DNA of 64,000 bases from an uncultured bacterium (GCA_903933735.1 CAIZLB010000006.1:3750-67749); one strand, 5' to 3'; positions 52,405-61,776 are shown, counted from the stretch's first letter. Translations and numbers: made by a program. The notes: generated by a model not told the origin, from the letters alone.

Positions 52405-53424
52405 TTATTTTTTTACAGTTAGTAGGAACAAATGCTCCTTAGTTATAATTTTCGACCCATCTTGATTAATTGCGCGGTATCGTTTGTGTTCTTTTGTGTA
52501 TTCCTTAACTTCACCGCGAGTTGAAAGAATTTTTTTGAGCACAGGAATCGGTATTATTCCTTCGTCGTTGTAACTCAATAAAATATATTTTGCTTTTGCT
52601 TTTGTTACTAAATCTAGAAGCGCGTCAGCAGCCTTTCGAGAAATTGAATAATCCGATTTTTGATCCTCATAAGGCCTCATTCCCGCGTTTCCATATATCT
52701 CAGGAATTTTCCTAAACCAACCTTCCGCCACCAATTCTAGAAAAAAATAATTTGATGCAAATTGCCTAGCGTTATATGGGGGATCTAGGTATAGAATATC
52801 TACTTTGTGCATCCCAACGAGATCATTTGCATCGGCTCGAAAGGCCCTGTTTTCTTTTTTGTTATCAAACACTTCTCCATGTTCTAAAGTGATATTTTTT
52901 AAAGCCCGTCTGTCCCAGCTTTTCAAAAATGCAGCGTAGGTACCTGTTACATTTGCAACAAGACTGATTGCGTTTATGAGACTTGCAATAAGATAATAAT
53001 ATTCTGTTTCGGAAATTAATTTACTATTCTTCCAGTTCTCGATATTTTCTCTAATCACATCAACCTTTTTAGCATTTTCAACTGAAAGATACTGACGTTT
53101 GTTTCCGTTAAATGGTGAGTAATTTTTTGTAATGAATCCAGCCTTACCCTTAAGTTTATTTAGATGATCAATAATATCATCCGACAATCCTAACTTTTTA
53201 AATTTAGGGATTTTAGCCGTTTCAATATTTGTTCGAGCCAGCGAGTATGCGAACTCTAAAAAATCGTTCGAATAAACTGTATAGCCAAGTTTTTTAAAAT
53301 GTTGACCAACTGCAGTTGTCCCACTAAATATATCGAAAAAAATTGCCCCTTTTTTTACGGGTAAAGTTGTAACGACATCCTCAATGTAATCAAGCAGTTT
53401 GGTTTTGCAACCGTAATATCTCAT
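52405..53424 (-). CDS. N6-adenine DNA methyltransferase (D12/Dam/FokI-like)
   Basis: MRYYGCKTKLL, DIFSGT, YLDPPYN, LLSYNDEG. Confidence 0.9.
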   Translation of the reverse strand: MRYYGCKTKLLDYIEDVVTTLPVKKGAIFFDIFSGTTAVGQHFKKLGYTVYSNDFLEFAYSLARTNIETAKIPKFKKLGLSDDIIDHLNKLKGKAGFITKNYSPFNGNKRQYLSVENAKKVDVIRENIENWKNSKLISETEYYYLIASLINAISLVANVTGTYAAFLKSWDRRALKNITLEHGEVFDNKKENRAFRADANDLVGMHKVDILYLDPPYNARQFASNYFFLELVAEGWFRKIPEIYGNAGMRPYEDQKSDYSISRKAADALLDLVTKAKAKYILLSYNDEGIIPIPVLKKILSTRGEVKEYTKEHKRYRAINQDGSKIITKEHLFLLTVKK

Positions 53425-53540
53425 GTCTCCTTATTTTAGCTTACTTTTTGCAAAATACATAGTCATTTGCATACCAAGCGCTCTTTATAAGGGTACTATT
53501 TTATGGTAATATTTTTTTATCTTGAAAACCCCAAAAACAC

Positions 53541-55817
53541 ATGCCTATTACCAAATTAAAAGACATAACAAATATTGATGCTTTCGACACCTTTCAATGG
53601 GGTGGGAGTGATCTAAAAAAATACAACTTAATTTATGGGTGGAATGGATGTGGTAAAACAACCATGTCGCGCGTGTTAAGTTTTGTTGAGAAGAAGGAAA
53701 TTGATATGCCGGAGTTTTCTTCAATGCAATTTCAGGTTCAGACTAATACCGGCGTAACCAAGGAATCAGACCTGCTCACTAGTAATATAAGTATTAAAGT
53801 TTTTAATGAGGATTTTATCCGAGAAAATCTTGAGTTCCACGAGTCAAAAGCAAAGAAAATTCTCATTGTCGGAAAAGATAATATAGATGCACAAGCTGAA
53901 ATAACTTCTCTAGAGGCGAAAGTTACCACGGCAAGAGAAGAGCATGATCGGCTAGAAGTAGATAGAGGAAAAATTAGCTCTATAGAAAATATTTTTACTG
54001 AAGCTGCCCGTGAAGTAATCAAGCAATTTACTAATACCCCCCTCGGTAGTGGAACATACTATGGTCGAAGCTACAACCGTACAAAAATAGAACCTTTTGT
54101 TACTGACGGCAAGATCACTCCTGAGAATCTAGACTCATTGATTATAGAAAAGGTAGAAGATATAGATAGCAAGAGGGACATAATTAAAAATCAAAAACAA
54201 AAAATTGGTTCTGAATTAAAAGGGGTTAATGATTTTTCTGTATTATTTGAAAATGCGAATAATCTCTTGGATACATTTGTAGATATCGAAATAATCGAAG
54301 GGCTCGACTCTGACAAAGAGCTCAGAGATTGGACTGAACAAGGATATCACATACATAAAAACCGAGATCTCGAATCGTGTCAATTTTGTAAAAAAACTCT
54401 CGATAAAGGATTCCTAGAAAACCTTGGTAAATTTTTTACTGAGGAGCTCGAAAAAGCAAAAAAGGGAATTGATGACATTATTACAAAAATAGACGTAGCA
54501 GAAAACAAAGCTGAGGCAGTATTTATTGAACCAAGTCGACTATTTCCTGATTTGGCAAACGAATATCTTGCGACAAAATCAAGCGTTGAAGATAAAGGCA
54601 GAGAGCTACGTGGTTCAATTACAGCACTGATCGTTGCCCTCAATGAAAAGCGTGAGAATCTACATGATCGAAAAAAAACTATTTCAAAAATTCCATATCC
54701 TGAGAATGTTATTAGAGAGTTCGGTGCACTTATTGAAAAGCTTAATGCTATAGTCAATAAACATGATGAGAGGATGGATAAAATAGATGAAGCGGCAAAA
54801 GCAATTGAGATCCATACCATTGCGTCGGTTTTGAAGTCAAAAGAGTATTTCAAAAAGAAAAAAGACCTCGCCGATCTTGATGCAAAGCTTGGTCCATTAA
54901 AAACAGAAATATACACACTAAATGGTGAAATAAAAAAGAAACGTGGCGGTATCCTAAATGCTTCTATCGCAATCGATGCAATAAATGACGTTCTCAAAGA
55001 TTTCTTCGGTGAATCACAAATATATCTAGAGCTTACAGATCCAAATGCTCCAGAGGTGGGTTATATTGTGAAGCGCCGTGGTAAGAATGCAAAGCACCTA
55101 AGCGAGGGTGAGAAAAGTGTCATAGCATTGATTTATTTTCTTGCAAAACTCGAAGAAGACGGCTTTAAAAAGGAGAGCGGAATAATTGTGGTAGATGATC
55201 CTGTAGACAGTCAAGATGAAATATTTTTGTTCCGCACTTTCGGCCTCATAAAAAGACAGCTTATAAAAGCCGAGCAATTGATAGTACTTACACACAACTT
55301 CGCCTTTTTTAATCTGGTCCGAGATTGGATGAACGACACCGACGATGCCGAACTTTATCTTATGACCTGCAATCGCACAGGGACGACACATGAAGCAAAA
55401 ATTGAGCCCCTGCCAGATATTATCCGCAAATACAAAACCGAGTATCAATTCCTATTTTTTCAACTCTATAACTTCAATAAAAATGGTGCAGGAATAGATG
55501 CTCCACTTATACCAAATGTCGCAAGAAAAGCACTTGAATATTTCGCAGGTTTTAAGTGGTCGTGTGGTACAGATCGAGCTTTTGCTCAAATGGTACACGA
55601 TAAATATATCACTGATCCTAACCTCAAAAACAAAGGAGTGGCAGACTTCATCGTAAAGTTTCTGCACGAATACTCACACGGACTAGACTTCACTCGGCCG
55701 ATCACCGCTGCAACACTTGAAGCAAAAGATGTGGCAAAAAACGTCATAGAATTCATACATATGTCCGATGACGATCATTACAAAAAATTAAAGGTTCTAT
55801 GTGACCCTTCGGCCTAA
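53541..55817 (+). CDS. AAA_13 ABC-ATPase, RloC-like (zinc hook plus putative HEPN nuclease)
   Basis: GWNGCGKT, CQFC hook in coiled coil, LSEGEK, VVDDPV, LTHN, N.ARK.LE.F and HEYSH. Confidence 0.8.
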   Translation: MPITKLKDITNIDAFDTFQWGGSDLKKYNLIYGWNGCGKTTMSRVLSFVEKKEIDMPEFSSMQFQVQTNTGVTKESDLLTSNISIKVFNEDFIRENLEFHESKAKKILIVGKDNIDAQAEITSLEAKVTTAREEHDRLEVDRGKISSIENIFTEAAREVIKQFTNTPLGSGTYYGRSYNRTKIEPFVTDGKITPENLDSLIIEKVEDIDSKRDIIKNQKQKIGSELKGVNDFSVLFENANNLLDTFVDIEIIEGLDSDKELRDWTEQGYHIHKNRDLESCQFCKKTLDKGFLENLGKFFTEELEKAKKGIDDIITKIDVAENKAEAVFIEPSRLFPDLANEYLATKSSVEDKGRELRGSITALIVALNEKRENLHDRKKTISKIPYPENVIREFGALIEKLNAIVNKHDERMDKIDEAAKAIEIHTIASVLKSKEYFKKKKDLADLDAKLGPLKTEIYTLNGEIKKKRGGILNASIAIDAINDVLKDFFGESQIYLELTDPNAPEVGYIVKRRGKNAKHLSEGEKSVIALIYFLAKLEEDGFKKESGIIVVDDPVDSQDEIFLFRTFGLIKRQLIKAEQLIVLTHNFAFFNLVRDWMNDTDDAELYLMTCNRTGTTHEAKIEPLPDIIRKYKTEYQFLFFQLYNFNKNGAGIDAPLIPNVARKALEYFAGFKWSCGTDRAFAQMVHDKYITDPNLKNKGVADFIVKFLHEYSHGLDFTRPITAATLEAKDVAKNVIEFIHMSDDDHYKKLKVLCDPSA

Positions 55818-55821
55818 CCAT

Positions 55822-57306
55822 ATGACGCTATCAAAAACTGATTACATACTTTATAGAGAATGTCCAAAGAATGCTTGGATGAAAATTCACAAGCCGGATA
55901 TTTACTATGCAACTGAACTTTCCGAATTCGAAAAGCATATCATTGAAACCGGTAACGAGGTTGAGCTTGTGGCCCGTCAGCTCTTTCCAAGCGGTGTGCT
56001 TATAGAAGGCAGAGATGAGAAAGCTCGACTTGATACTCTCGATCTTGTCGCTAAGAAGGGTCAAACTATTTTCCAGCCCATCTTCGTTAAAGATGGATTT
56101 CTCGCAGCGGTCGATGTGCTCAAATACGATCCAGAAAATGACGGTTATCAAATATATGAGATCAAGGCTACGAATGAAGTGGATGAGAAAGTTCATCTTT
56201 ATGACCTCGCATTTCAAGTAGCTTTACTACACAAGTGCGGGGTAAGAGTGACAGGTATCAACCTTCTACATCTCAATAAGGAGTACGTGAGGAATGGGGA
56301 ACTAGATATCATAAAGCTTTTTTCAATAGACGAAGTGAGCGAGGTAATAGCAGACATGATCTCTGTAGTGTGGGATGAAATGAATATCGCTTTAAAATAT
56401 CTGTCTTCTGAGAATGAGCCCAATGGTCCTTGCTGTTGCGTTTACAAAGGAAGAAGTGGTCATTGCTCTACATTCAAACATAACAACCCTCATATTCCAG
56501 AGTATTCGGTACACGACTTAAACCGAATAGGTAGCAGCAAAAAGAAACTGATGGAACTTATCGATAGTAACGTCTTTCATATTCATGAGGCGGATGGAAG
56601 GATTGTTTTTAGTGAGTCACAACAAAACCAAATTGATGCTCATGTAAATGATAGAGTGCTGATAAAGAAAGATATGATCGCAGAGGAATTTAGTAAGTTG
56701 GAGTATCCGCTTTATTTTTTAGATTACGAAACATTTCCATCTGCTGTACCATTGTTCGACGGCTACTCTTCGTATAATCAAATCCCATTTCAATATTCAC
56801 TTCAAGTGGTTCAAACGCCGAATGCAGAGCCACAGAGTTTTGATTTTATTTATACAGAATCAGATGATCCCTGCCCGGCATTAGCAAAATCTCTACAATC
56901 TCATATTGGTCCTAAAGGGAGTGTAATTGTTTGGTATAAACCTTTTGAAAAATCAAGAAATACAGAAATGGGAATAAGACTTCCAGAGTATAAGATCTTC
57001 TTTGAAGGAATAAATGAGAGAATCTTTGATCTCATGGAAATATTTTCAAAGCAATACTACGTTCACAAGGAGTTCAAGGGTAGCAGCTCGATTAAAAAAG
57101 TTCTCCCCGTTCTTGTACCTGAGCTTTCATATAAAGAGCTTTTGATCAAAGAGGGTGGCACAGCATCTCAGGCATGGAAAAAAATAGTAGACGGAAAATA
57201 TTCAAAAGATGAAGCGACTGAGCTCATCAATGCCCTTAAGATTTACTGTAATCTAGACACTTATGCTATGTATGCAATCTTCAAGCGTTTGGTGGATATA
57301 ATATAA
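55822..57306 (+). CDS. DUF2779 family nuclease-like protein
   Basis: LSKTDY...CPK, D.L...YEIKAT, DLAFQ, YFLDYET, QIPFQYS, SSSIKKVLP, YCNLDT. Confidence 0.85.
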   Translation: MTLSKTDYILYRECPKNAWMKIHKPDIYYATELSEFEKHIIETGNEVELVARQLFPSGVLIEGRDEKARLDTLDLVAKKGQTIFQPIFVKDGFLAAVDVLKYDPENDGYQIYEIKATNEVDEKVHLYDLAFQVALLHKCGVRVTGINLLHLNKEYVRNGELDIIKLFSIDEVSEVIADMISVVWDEMNIALKYLSSENEPNGPCCCVYKGRSGHCSTFKHNNPHIPEYSVHDLNRIGSSKKKLMELIDSNVFHIHEADGRIVFSESQQNQIDAHVNDRVLIKKDMIAEEFSKLEYPLYFLDYETFPSAVPLFDGYSSYNQIPFQYSLQVVQTPNAEPQSFDFIYTESDDPCPALAKSLQSHIGPKGSVIVWYKPFEKSRNTEMGIRLPEYKIFFEGINERIFDLMEIFSKQYYVHKEFKGSSSIKKVLPVLVPELSYKELLIKEGGTASQAWKKIVDGKYSKDEATELINALKIYCNLDTYAMYAIFKRLVDII

Positions 57307-57321
57307 GTAATTACTAAATTT

Positions 57322-57477
57322 ATGTTTGAAGACAAAGACCCAGAAGAAGTGAAAGAGATTACAGAAATTGCTGAAAATCAGGGAGTGGATATTGAGAGTG
57401 CTGAAAAAATAAAAGAAATCATGGATGAGGAAGGTCTTGATGAGGATGAGGCTGCTGAAATAGCGGAAGTAGTCTAA
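57322..57477 (+). CDS. Small very acidic protein (51 aa, not in ORF track)
   Basis: MFEDKDPEEVKEITEIAENQGVDIESAEKIKEIMDEEGLDEDEAAEIAEVV. Confidence 0.65.
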   Translation: MFEDKDPEEVKEITEIAENQGVDIESAEKIKEIMDEEGLDEDEAAEIAEVV

Positions 57478-57497
57478 AAGTGATAAAGTATTAAAAC

Positions 57498-58367
57498 ATG
57501 AATCATTCAGAGAAAAAATCCCTCGAATTTGTACACAAACACCGACGTAAGTTTTATGCCGTCGGTATTTTGATACTCTTTTTTGTAATGAGTATTACTA
57601 GCGAGGCTGTCTACGATTCCTTCAAGCCCGATACAGTGGCATCCGAATATTCAGAAAGCGAGGATACTTCCTCATGCAATGTTTTAGGAATCAATCTCCA
57701 TGGCGACCTTTATACTTATGTACCAGAAAGCAATGACGATGAGTTAATGAGCAACAAAGATGTTGTGGGAAGCGAAGAAATAATGGGCTCGCTTGAAACA
57801 GCCGAAAATGACGAGAATATCAAAGCTGTTATCGTGGAAGTGGATTCCCTGGGAGGTTATCCTGTCGCGGGCGAAGAAGTGGCCAATGCAATAAAAGCAT
57901 CTACCAAGCCTGTCGTGGCCTTTATCCGCCAGAGCGGAACGTCGGCAGCATATTGGGCAATCACCACGGCCGATCAGATATTCGCATCAAAGAATTCTGA
58001 TGTTGGCAGCATTGGAGTCACAACATCCTATCTCGAAAATGTTTCCAAAAATGAAAAAGAGGGCCTTAAATACGTTCAACTCAGTGCAGGAAAATACAAG
58101 GATGCCGGAAGTCCGGACAAGTCACTGACTGATGAAGAAAAAGCACTCATCATCCGAGATCTGAAAATCGTCCATGAAAACTTTATTCAGGATGTCTCAA
58201 CCAATAGAAATATTCCGATTGAGAAAATTCGAGCAATCGCTGACGGTTCTTCAATCCTCGGAGCGCGCGCGAAAGAACTCGGCTTAATCGATAGTATCGG
58301 TGGATACGCTGAAGTGAAGAACTACATCGAAGAAAAGATCGGAGAGAAACCTGAGGTTTGCTGGTAG
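57498..58367 (+). CDS. sppA: Signal peptide peptidase SppA (S49)
   Basis: VDSLGG, SAAYW, VGSIGV, AGKYKD, A.ELGLID. Confidence 0.9.
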   Translation: MNHSEKKSLEFVHKHRRKFYAVGILILFFVMSITSEAVYDSFKPDTVASEYSESEDTSSCNVLGINLHGDLYTYVPESNDDELMSNKDVVGSEEIMGSLETAENDENIKAVIVEVDSLGGYPVAGEEVANAIKASTKPVVAFIRQSGTSAAYWAITTADQIFASKNSDVGSIGVTTSYLENVSKNEKEGLKYVQLSAGKYKDAGSPDKSLTDEEKALIIRDLKIVHENFIQDVSTNRNIPIEKIRAIADGSSILGARAKELGLIDSIGGYAEVKNYIEEKIGEKPEVCW

Positions 58368-58410
58368 AGTCCCTCTAGACTTAAAAATCTATTCTCGGTA
58401 TCTTTGTACT

Positions 58411-58722
58411 ATGGAAGAAAATGACATGGATGCAGTCCGTAAGGCTGCCGAACACATTCAAATACCTTTCAACCGGTATGAAATATTCAACCGGCTTTCT
58501 CAACTTTCCCAGCCCAAGGCTAAAATGAAACAGGCTCTGAAAGAGAGGATGAAATTACTTGCCGCCGCCTATGTATCACTGGCAACTTTTATAGATGATG
58601 ATGACGTGGAGTTTATCTTTGAAAACAAAAACAGCCAGAGAGCAAAGGATGTAGCTGCAAAGGTTTGTGAAGATTTAGATATAGCACAAGAAGAAATGAG
58701 GAATTTCAAGCTAATGGACTAG
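58411..58722 (+). CDS. Hypothetical protein
   Basis: 103-aa ORF. Confidence 0.6.
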   Translation: MEENDMDAVRKAAEHIQIPFNRYEIFNRLSQLSQPKAKMKQALKERMKLLAAAYVSLATFIDDDDVEFIFENKNSQRAKDVAAKVCEDLDIAQEEMRNFKLMD

Positions 58723-58811
58723 TCAATTTTTAATTAATACTTATTAAAGTTTTAATAAAGAAAAAGTAAAAACTCCCTAGATTCACTCAAAAGTGGTATA
58801 ATGAGATTAAT

Positions 58812-59135
58812 ATGGACGATCAAGAAAAAAATAACATTTGGAAAGAGATAGAACAAAAATCACCTGACTTAATCCAGGCGTTCTTGTCATTGAAAAACGA
58901 GGATGAACTGAAAGCATTCTTCCGCGACCTTATGAGTGAGCGTGACTTGCGAGAATTCGCAATGCGATGGGAGGTAGCAAAAATGCTTGATTCGGGTATG
59001 TCATTCACTCAGATCCAAGAAAAGTGGGCTGGTGATGAGATGGTTTCTCCAAACACGATCGCAAAAATTAATCGATGGTTGAAAGAGGGTTGTGGAGGAT
59101 ACAAAATGTTGATTGATCGTATGAAGAATAATTAA
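58812..59135 (+). CDS. TrpR-like YerC/YecD protein
   Basis: AFLSLKN.DE...FFRDL.S..L....RWEVAKML...S..TI..I.R.L..G.GGY. Confidence 0.85.
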   Translation: MDDQEKNNIWKEIEQKSPDLIQAFLSLKNEDELKAFFRDLMSERDLREFAMRWEVAKMLDSGMSFTQIQEKWAGDEMVSPNTIAKINRWLKEGCGGYKMLIDRMKNN

Positions 59136-59249
59136 AGAAAAGTTAAAGTTTTTATAAAGAAAAAAGTAGCAAGTTGAATACATAAAAGATAAAATAAAAG
59201 CGGGCTAGTGCCCGTTCTTTTTCATAAACAAAAAAAACAAGGAGGTCTC

Positions 59250-60251
59250 ATGAATTCAACAGAATCAGATCGTCATGGGACCTACGTGGTTACCTATGAC
59301 GTGGCAAGTCGTCTTCAGGCGTTTCGTCCGAAGACTATCACAATCCCGCGTCCGAATGACCAATTGTTCGAACGCTTTCACATGAGCCTGTTTCAAAAGA
59401 TACAGCAGGCTCTTCCAGGCATCACGATCGATACGATCGAGATGAGTGAACTCAGGCGAAAAATCTGGGAGCAAGTTGATTCCCGCATAACTGACCTAGC
59501 TCAGCAAGCGGTCCTCAGTACATGCCCAGAGATTGCCGACTCGAATCCGAAAAGCGAAGGCTTACTCCTCAATATCAACCGTCTGTTCAATGTGGATGGT
59601 CAGTTGATAGGACACGGTCCTCGCCCAGGCTTCAAGCCACTCGCAAAGCAGTATGATGATTTGGCAAAGAAGTTCGCAGGCCGTTCCGTCGTCCTCATCG
59701 AAGATGGAGCATTCAGCGGCGGCACACTTCGGTCCGTGCTTCATGAGCTCAATAGTCGAGGCATAACAGTCACGGCAATTGTCATCGGCTTCTGTTGCAC
59801 GAGGGCGAAGTTTGTCCTCGGTCAGTTCTTCAGGGGTGAGCTCGTCATAGTGCATCCAATCGAGAGTCTTCTTGATTGGATTCCTGACCACGATCTTATT
59901 CCGTTCATCCCCAACTGCGGACGTGTCCTAGGCGAAGCATCTGGTGATAGCTTCATGCCGGTCCGAAGCGCAGAAGGCTTCAGTTCTGCCTACCCCTACA
60001 TATTGCCGTTCGGCAAGATCGAGGAGTGGGCAAGCTTGCCGATCGAGGGAGCTAGAGAATTGTCGAGGCTTTGCCTGGATACCAGTATTGAGCTGTTTGG
60101 CCGTGTAGGGCAAAAAATGACGATAGGGGAGCTTCTAAGGGCTAACCCAAGGGTTTCATTACCTATCGAAATTGGAGCCAAATCTGGGCAAATTGATCAA
60201 AACATGGAGATCAGGGTGTTCTTGGAGAAAGTAAGGAAAAGACTAGGATAG
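59250..60251 (+). CDS. Phosphoribosyltransferase-fold protein
   Basis: VVLIEDGAFSGGTL PRPP-binding loop; GGAGG SD before ATG 59250; GC-rich. Confidence 0.65.
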   Translation: MNSTESDRHGTYVVTYDVASRLQAFRPKTITIPRPNDQLFERFHMSLFQKIQQALPGITIDTIEMSELRRKIWEQVDSRITDLAQQAVLSTCPEIADSNPKSEGLLLNINRLFNVDGQLIGHGPRPGFKPLAKQYDDLAKKFAGRSVVLIEDGAFSGGTLRSVLHELNSRGITVTAIVIGFCCTRAKFVLGQFFRGELVIVHPIESLLDWIPDHDLIPFIPNCGRVLGEASGDSFMPVRSAEGFSSAYPYILPFGKIEEWASLPIEGARELSRLCLDTSIELFGRVGQKMTIGELLRANPRVSLPIEIGAKSGQIDQNMEIRVFLEKVRKRLG

Positions 60252-60274
60252 CCTGTGCTCTTTATTTAAAACTC

Positions 60275-60315
60275 AGTCGCATCGCCCCATTGGGTGGTGC
60301 GACTTTCTTTTTTTT
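60275..60315 (+). terminator. Intrinsic terminator
   Basis: agtcgcatcgccc...gggtggtgcgact followed by long T-run. Confidence 0.8.
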
Positions 60316-60393
60316 AGTTTCTTAAATACCCTTATTTTAATTGACTTATTTGTTCATATGCTCCCTAACTCTTTAGACCATACATTAAGGGTA

Positions 60394-60428
60394 TTGACAA
60401 TAGACAGCCACTATAATAGATTATAGTG
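60394..60428 (+). promoter_or_regulatory. sigma70 promoter for RNA/integrase unit with overlapping inverted repeat
   Basis: TTGACA-N17-TAGATT; cactataa-taga-ttatagtg over the -10. Confidence 0.65.
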
Positions 60429-60429
60429 A

Positions 60430-60641
60430 CAACCGAATATGAATCCATTGTCCCGAAAGGGATCTGGGCCGGCAACGGTCCCGATGCTACCAATGGACTT
60501 TGTCCCCAGCTAGGGATAGAATGTATATGGCATCTCCGCAAGGAAATGTCTCCCTAGCTAGGGAACGGCCAACTGTCCGTCAAAGGATAGAACCGCCACT
60601 GAAAAGTCCACTAGAGTAGCATCGAGTGGGCTTTTTGGTTG
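60430..60641 (+). ncRNA. Candidate ~210-nt multi-domain structured RNA / integrase leader
   Basis: Four hairpin domains with GAAA/GCAA tetraloops, basal caaccgaa/tttggttg, 9-bp cgatgctac/gtagcatcg loop pairing. Confidence 0.7.
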
Positions 60642-60652
60642 GAAAAAACCCT

Positions 60653-61570
60653 ATGCTATTCAAAGACGCTATTGATGAATTTACAAACTGGCGCACGTTT
60701 AAGATAAACGGCACTACTACCAGAGGTAATGACAAAGACCTCCGGCTCTTTAGTGTGTTTCTACGTAACCCTCACATTGAAGACATCACGCTCAACGACG
60801 TGATGGAATATTTGAATTTAATGAAAGAAATGGGATGGGCTCACAACAGCTTCGTCTCAAAATGCATGGCATACAAAAAGTTTTTTGAATTTTGTAATTT
60901 AAGAGGGTGGAGAGTGCTGAATGAAAATTTGATACCAATTCCGCAAAAGGAATACAAGATTCCACGTGTTGCAACAAAAGAAGAATTTAAAAAATTGATT
61001 GATGTTATTCCTAAAAACACAGACCCAAGAAATGTACGAAATACAGCAATAATCAGACTGCTCTGGGATACTGGCGCACGAAATGGAGAAATCTTAAATC
61101 TCGACATGGATGACCTAGATCTAGTCAACAATAAAGCTTTGATTAAAACTGAGAAGGCAAAAACTCGACGACCTCTTAGAGAAATATTTTGGACAAAAGA
61201 AACCAGTGAAGCGATCAGTAAATGGATTGAGAGGCGAGAGCGATTCAAGCAAGGAAACGCACTGCGTGATCCAAACGCACTCTTTATTTCTATACACAAC
61301 TCAGGAACAAACAAGACTCGTGGTTTACGATTCAAACCAAGTGGGGTATGTGAGATGCTTCGTGGATACTCAAACAAGGCAGGTCTTCAGCGACCACTGA
61401 ATGCTCACTCAATGAGACATTACATGGGGCGAAACATTATCGAAAAGGGTGGCTCAAACTCAGATGTGACAAACATCCTAGGTCACTCTTGCATTGAAAG
61501 CTCGATGATTTATACCATGATGTATGGAAAGCAGGCTGAAAAACGATATCGAAAATTTAGAGGACAATAA
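60653..61570 (+). CDS. Tyrosine recombinase/integrase
   Basis: RN.AI..L..TGAR.GE, K, HSMRH, LGHS, Y catalytic residues; near attR. Confidence 0.93.
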   Translation: MLFKDAIDEFTNWRTFKINGTTTRGNDKDLRLFSVFLRNPHIEDITLNDVMEYLNLMKEMGWAHNSFVSKCMAYKKFFEFCNLRGWRVLNENLIPIPQKEYKIPRVATKEEFKKLIDVIPKNTDPRNVRNTAIIRLLWDTGARNGEILNLDMDDLDLVNNKALIKTEKAKTRRPLREIFWTKETSEAISKWIERRERFKQGNALRDPNALFISIHNSGTNKTRGLRFKPSGVCEMLRGYSNKAGLQRPLNAHSMRHYMGRNIIEKGGSNSDVTNILGHSCIESSMIYTMMYGKQAEKRYRKFRGQ

Positions 61571-61609
61571 CCTATTTCAAAAATAATGAGCGCTTGGTAT
61601 AATATCCAA

Positions 61610-61750
61610 GTGAAGAATAAAGCAGCACAAGAACTAGGTAAAAAGGGTGGCACTACTACCAAAAAGAAGTACGGTAAAAAGCACTTCAAAGAAATTGGTA
61701 AAAAGGCAGCCAAAGTACGGTGGGGAAAGACCAAGCCCGCTGGCACTTGA
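61610..61750 (+). CDS. Small basic KGG-motif protein (46 aa, GTG start, not in ORF track)
   Basis: MKNKAAQELGKKGGTTTKKKYGKKHFKEIGKKAAKVRWG; TGG-TATAAT ends 6 nt upstream of the GTG. Confidence 0.75.
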   Translation: MKNKAAQELGKKGGTTTKKKYGKKHFKEIGKKAAKVRWGKTKPAGT

Positions 61751-61776
61751 TATTTATACCAAGCGCTTGGTATACT
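61747..61776 (+). promoter_or_regulatory. Outward-facing promoter containing a perfect 20-bp palindromic operator
   Basis: TTGATA-N18-TATACT with extended TG; TATACCAAGCGCTTGGTATA 61755-61774. Confidence 0.75.

Noticed and set aside
55822-57306. Cas4/CRISPR locus
   Set aside because: No repeat-spacer array or other cas genes; matches DUF2779 architecture
60430-60641. Bridge/guide RNA programming the integrase
   Set aside because: No convincing match found between its loops and attB/attP; the att site has ordinary core inverted repeats
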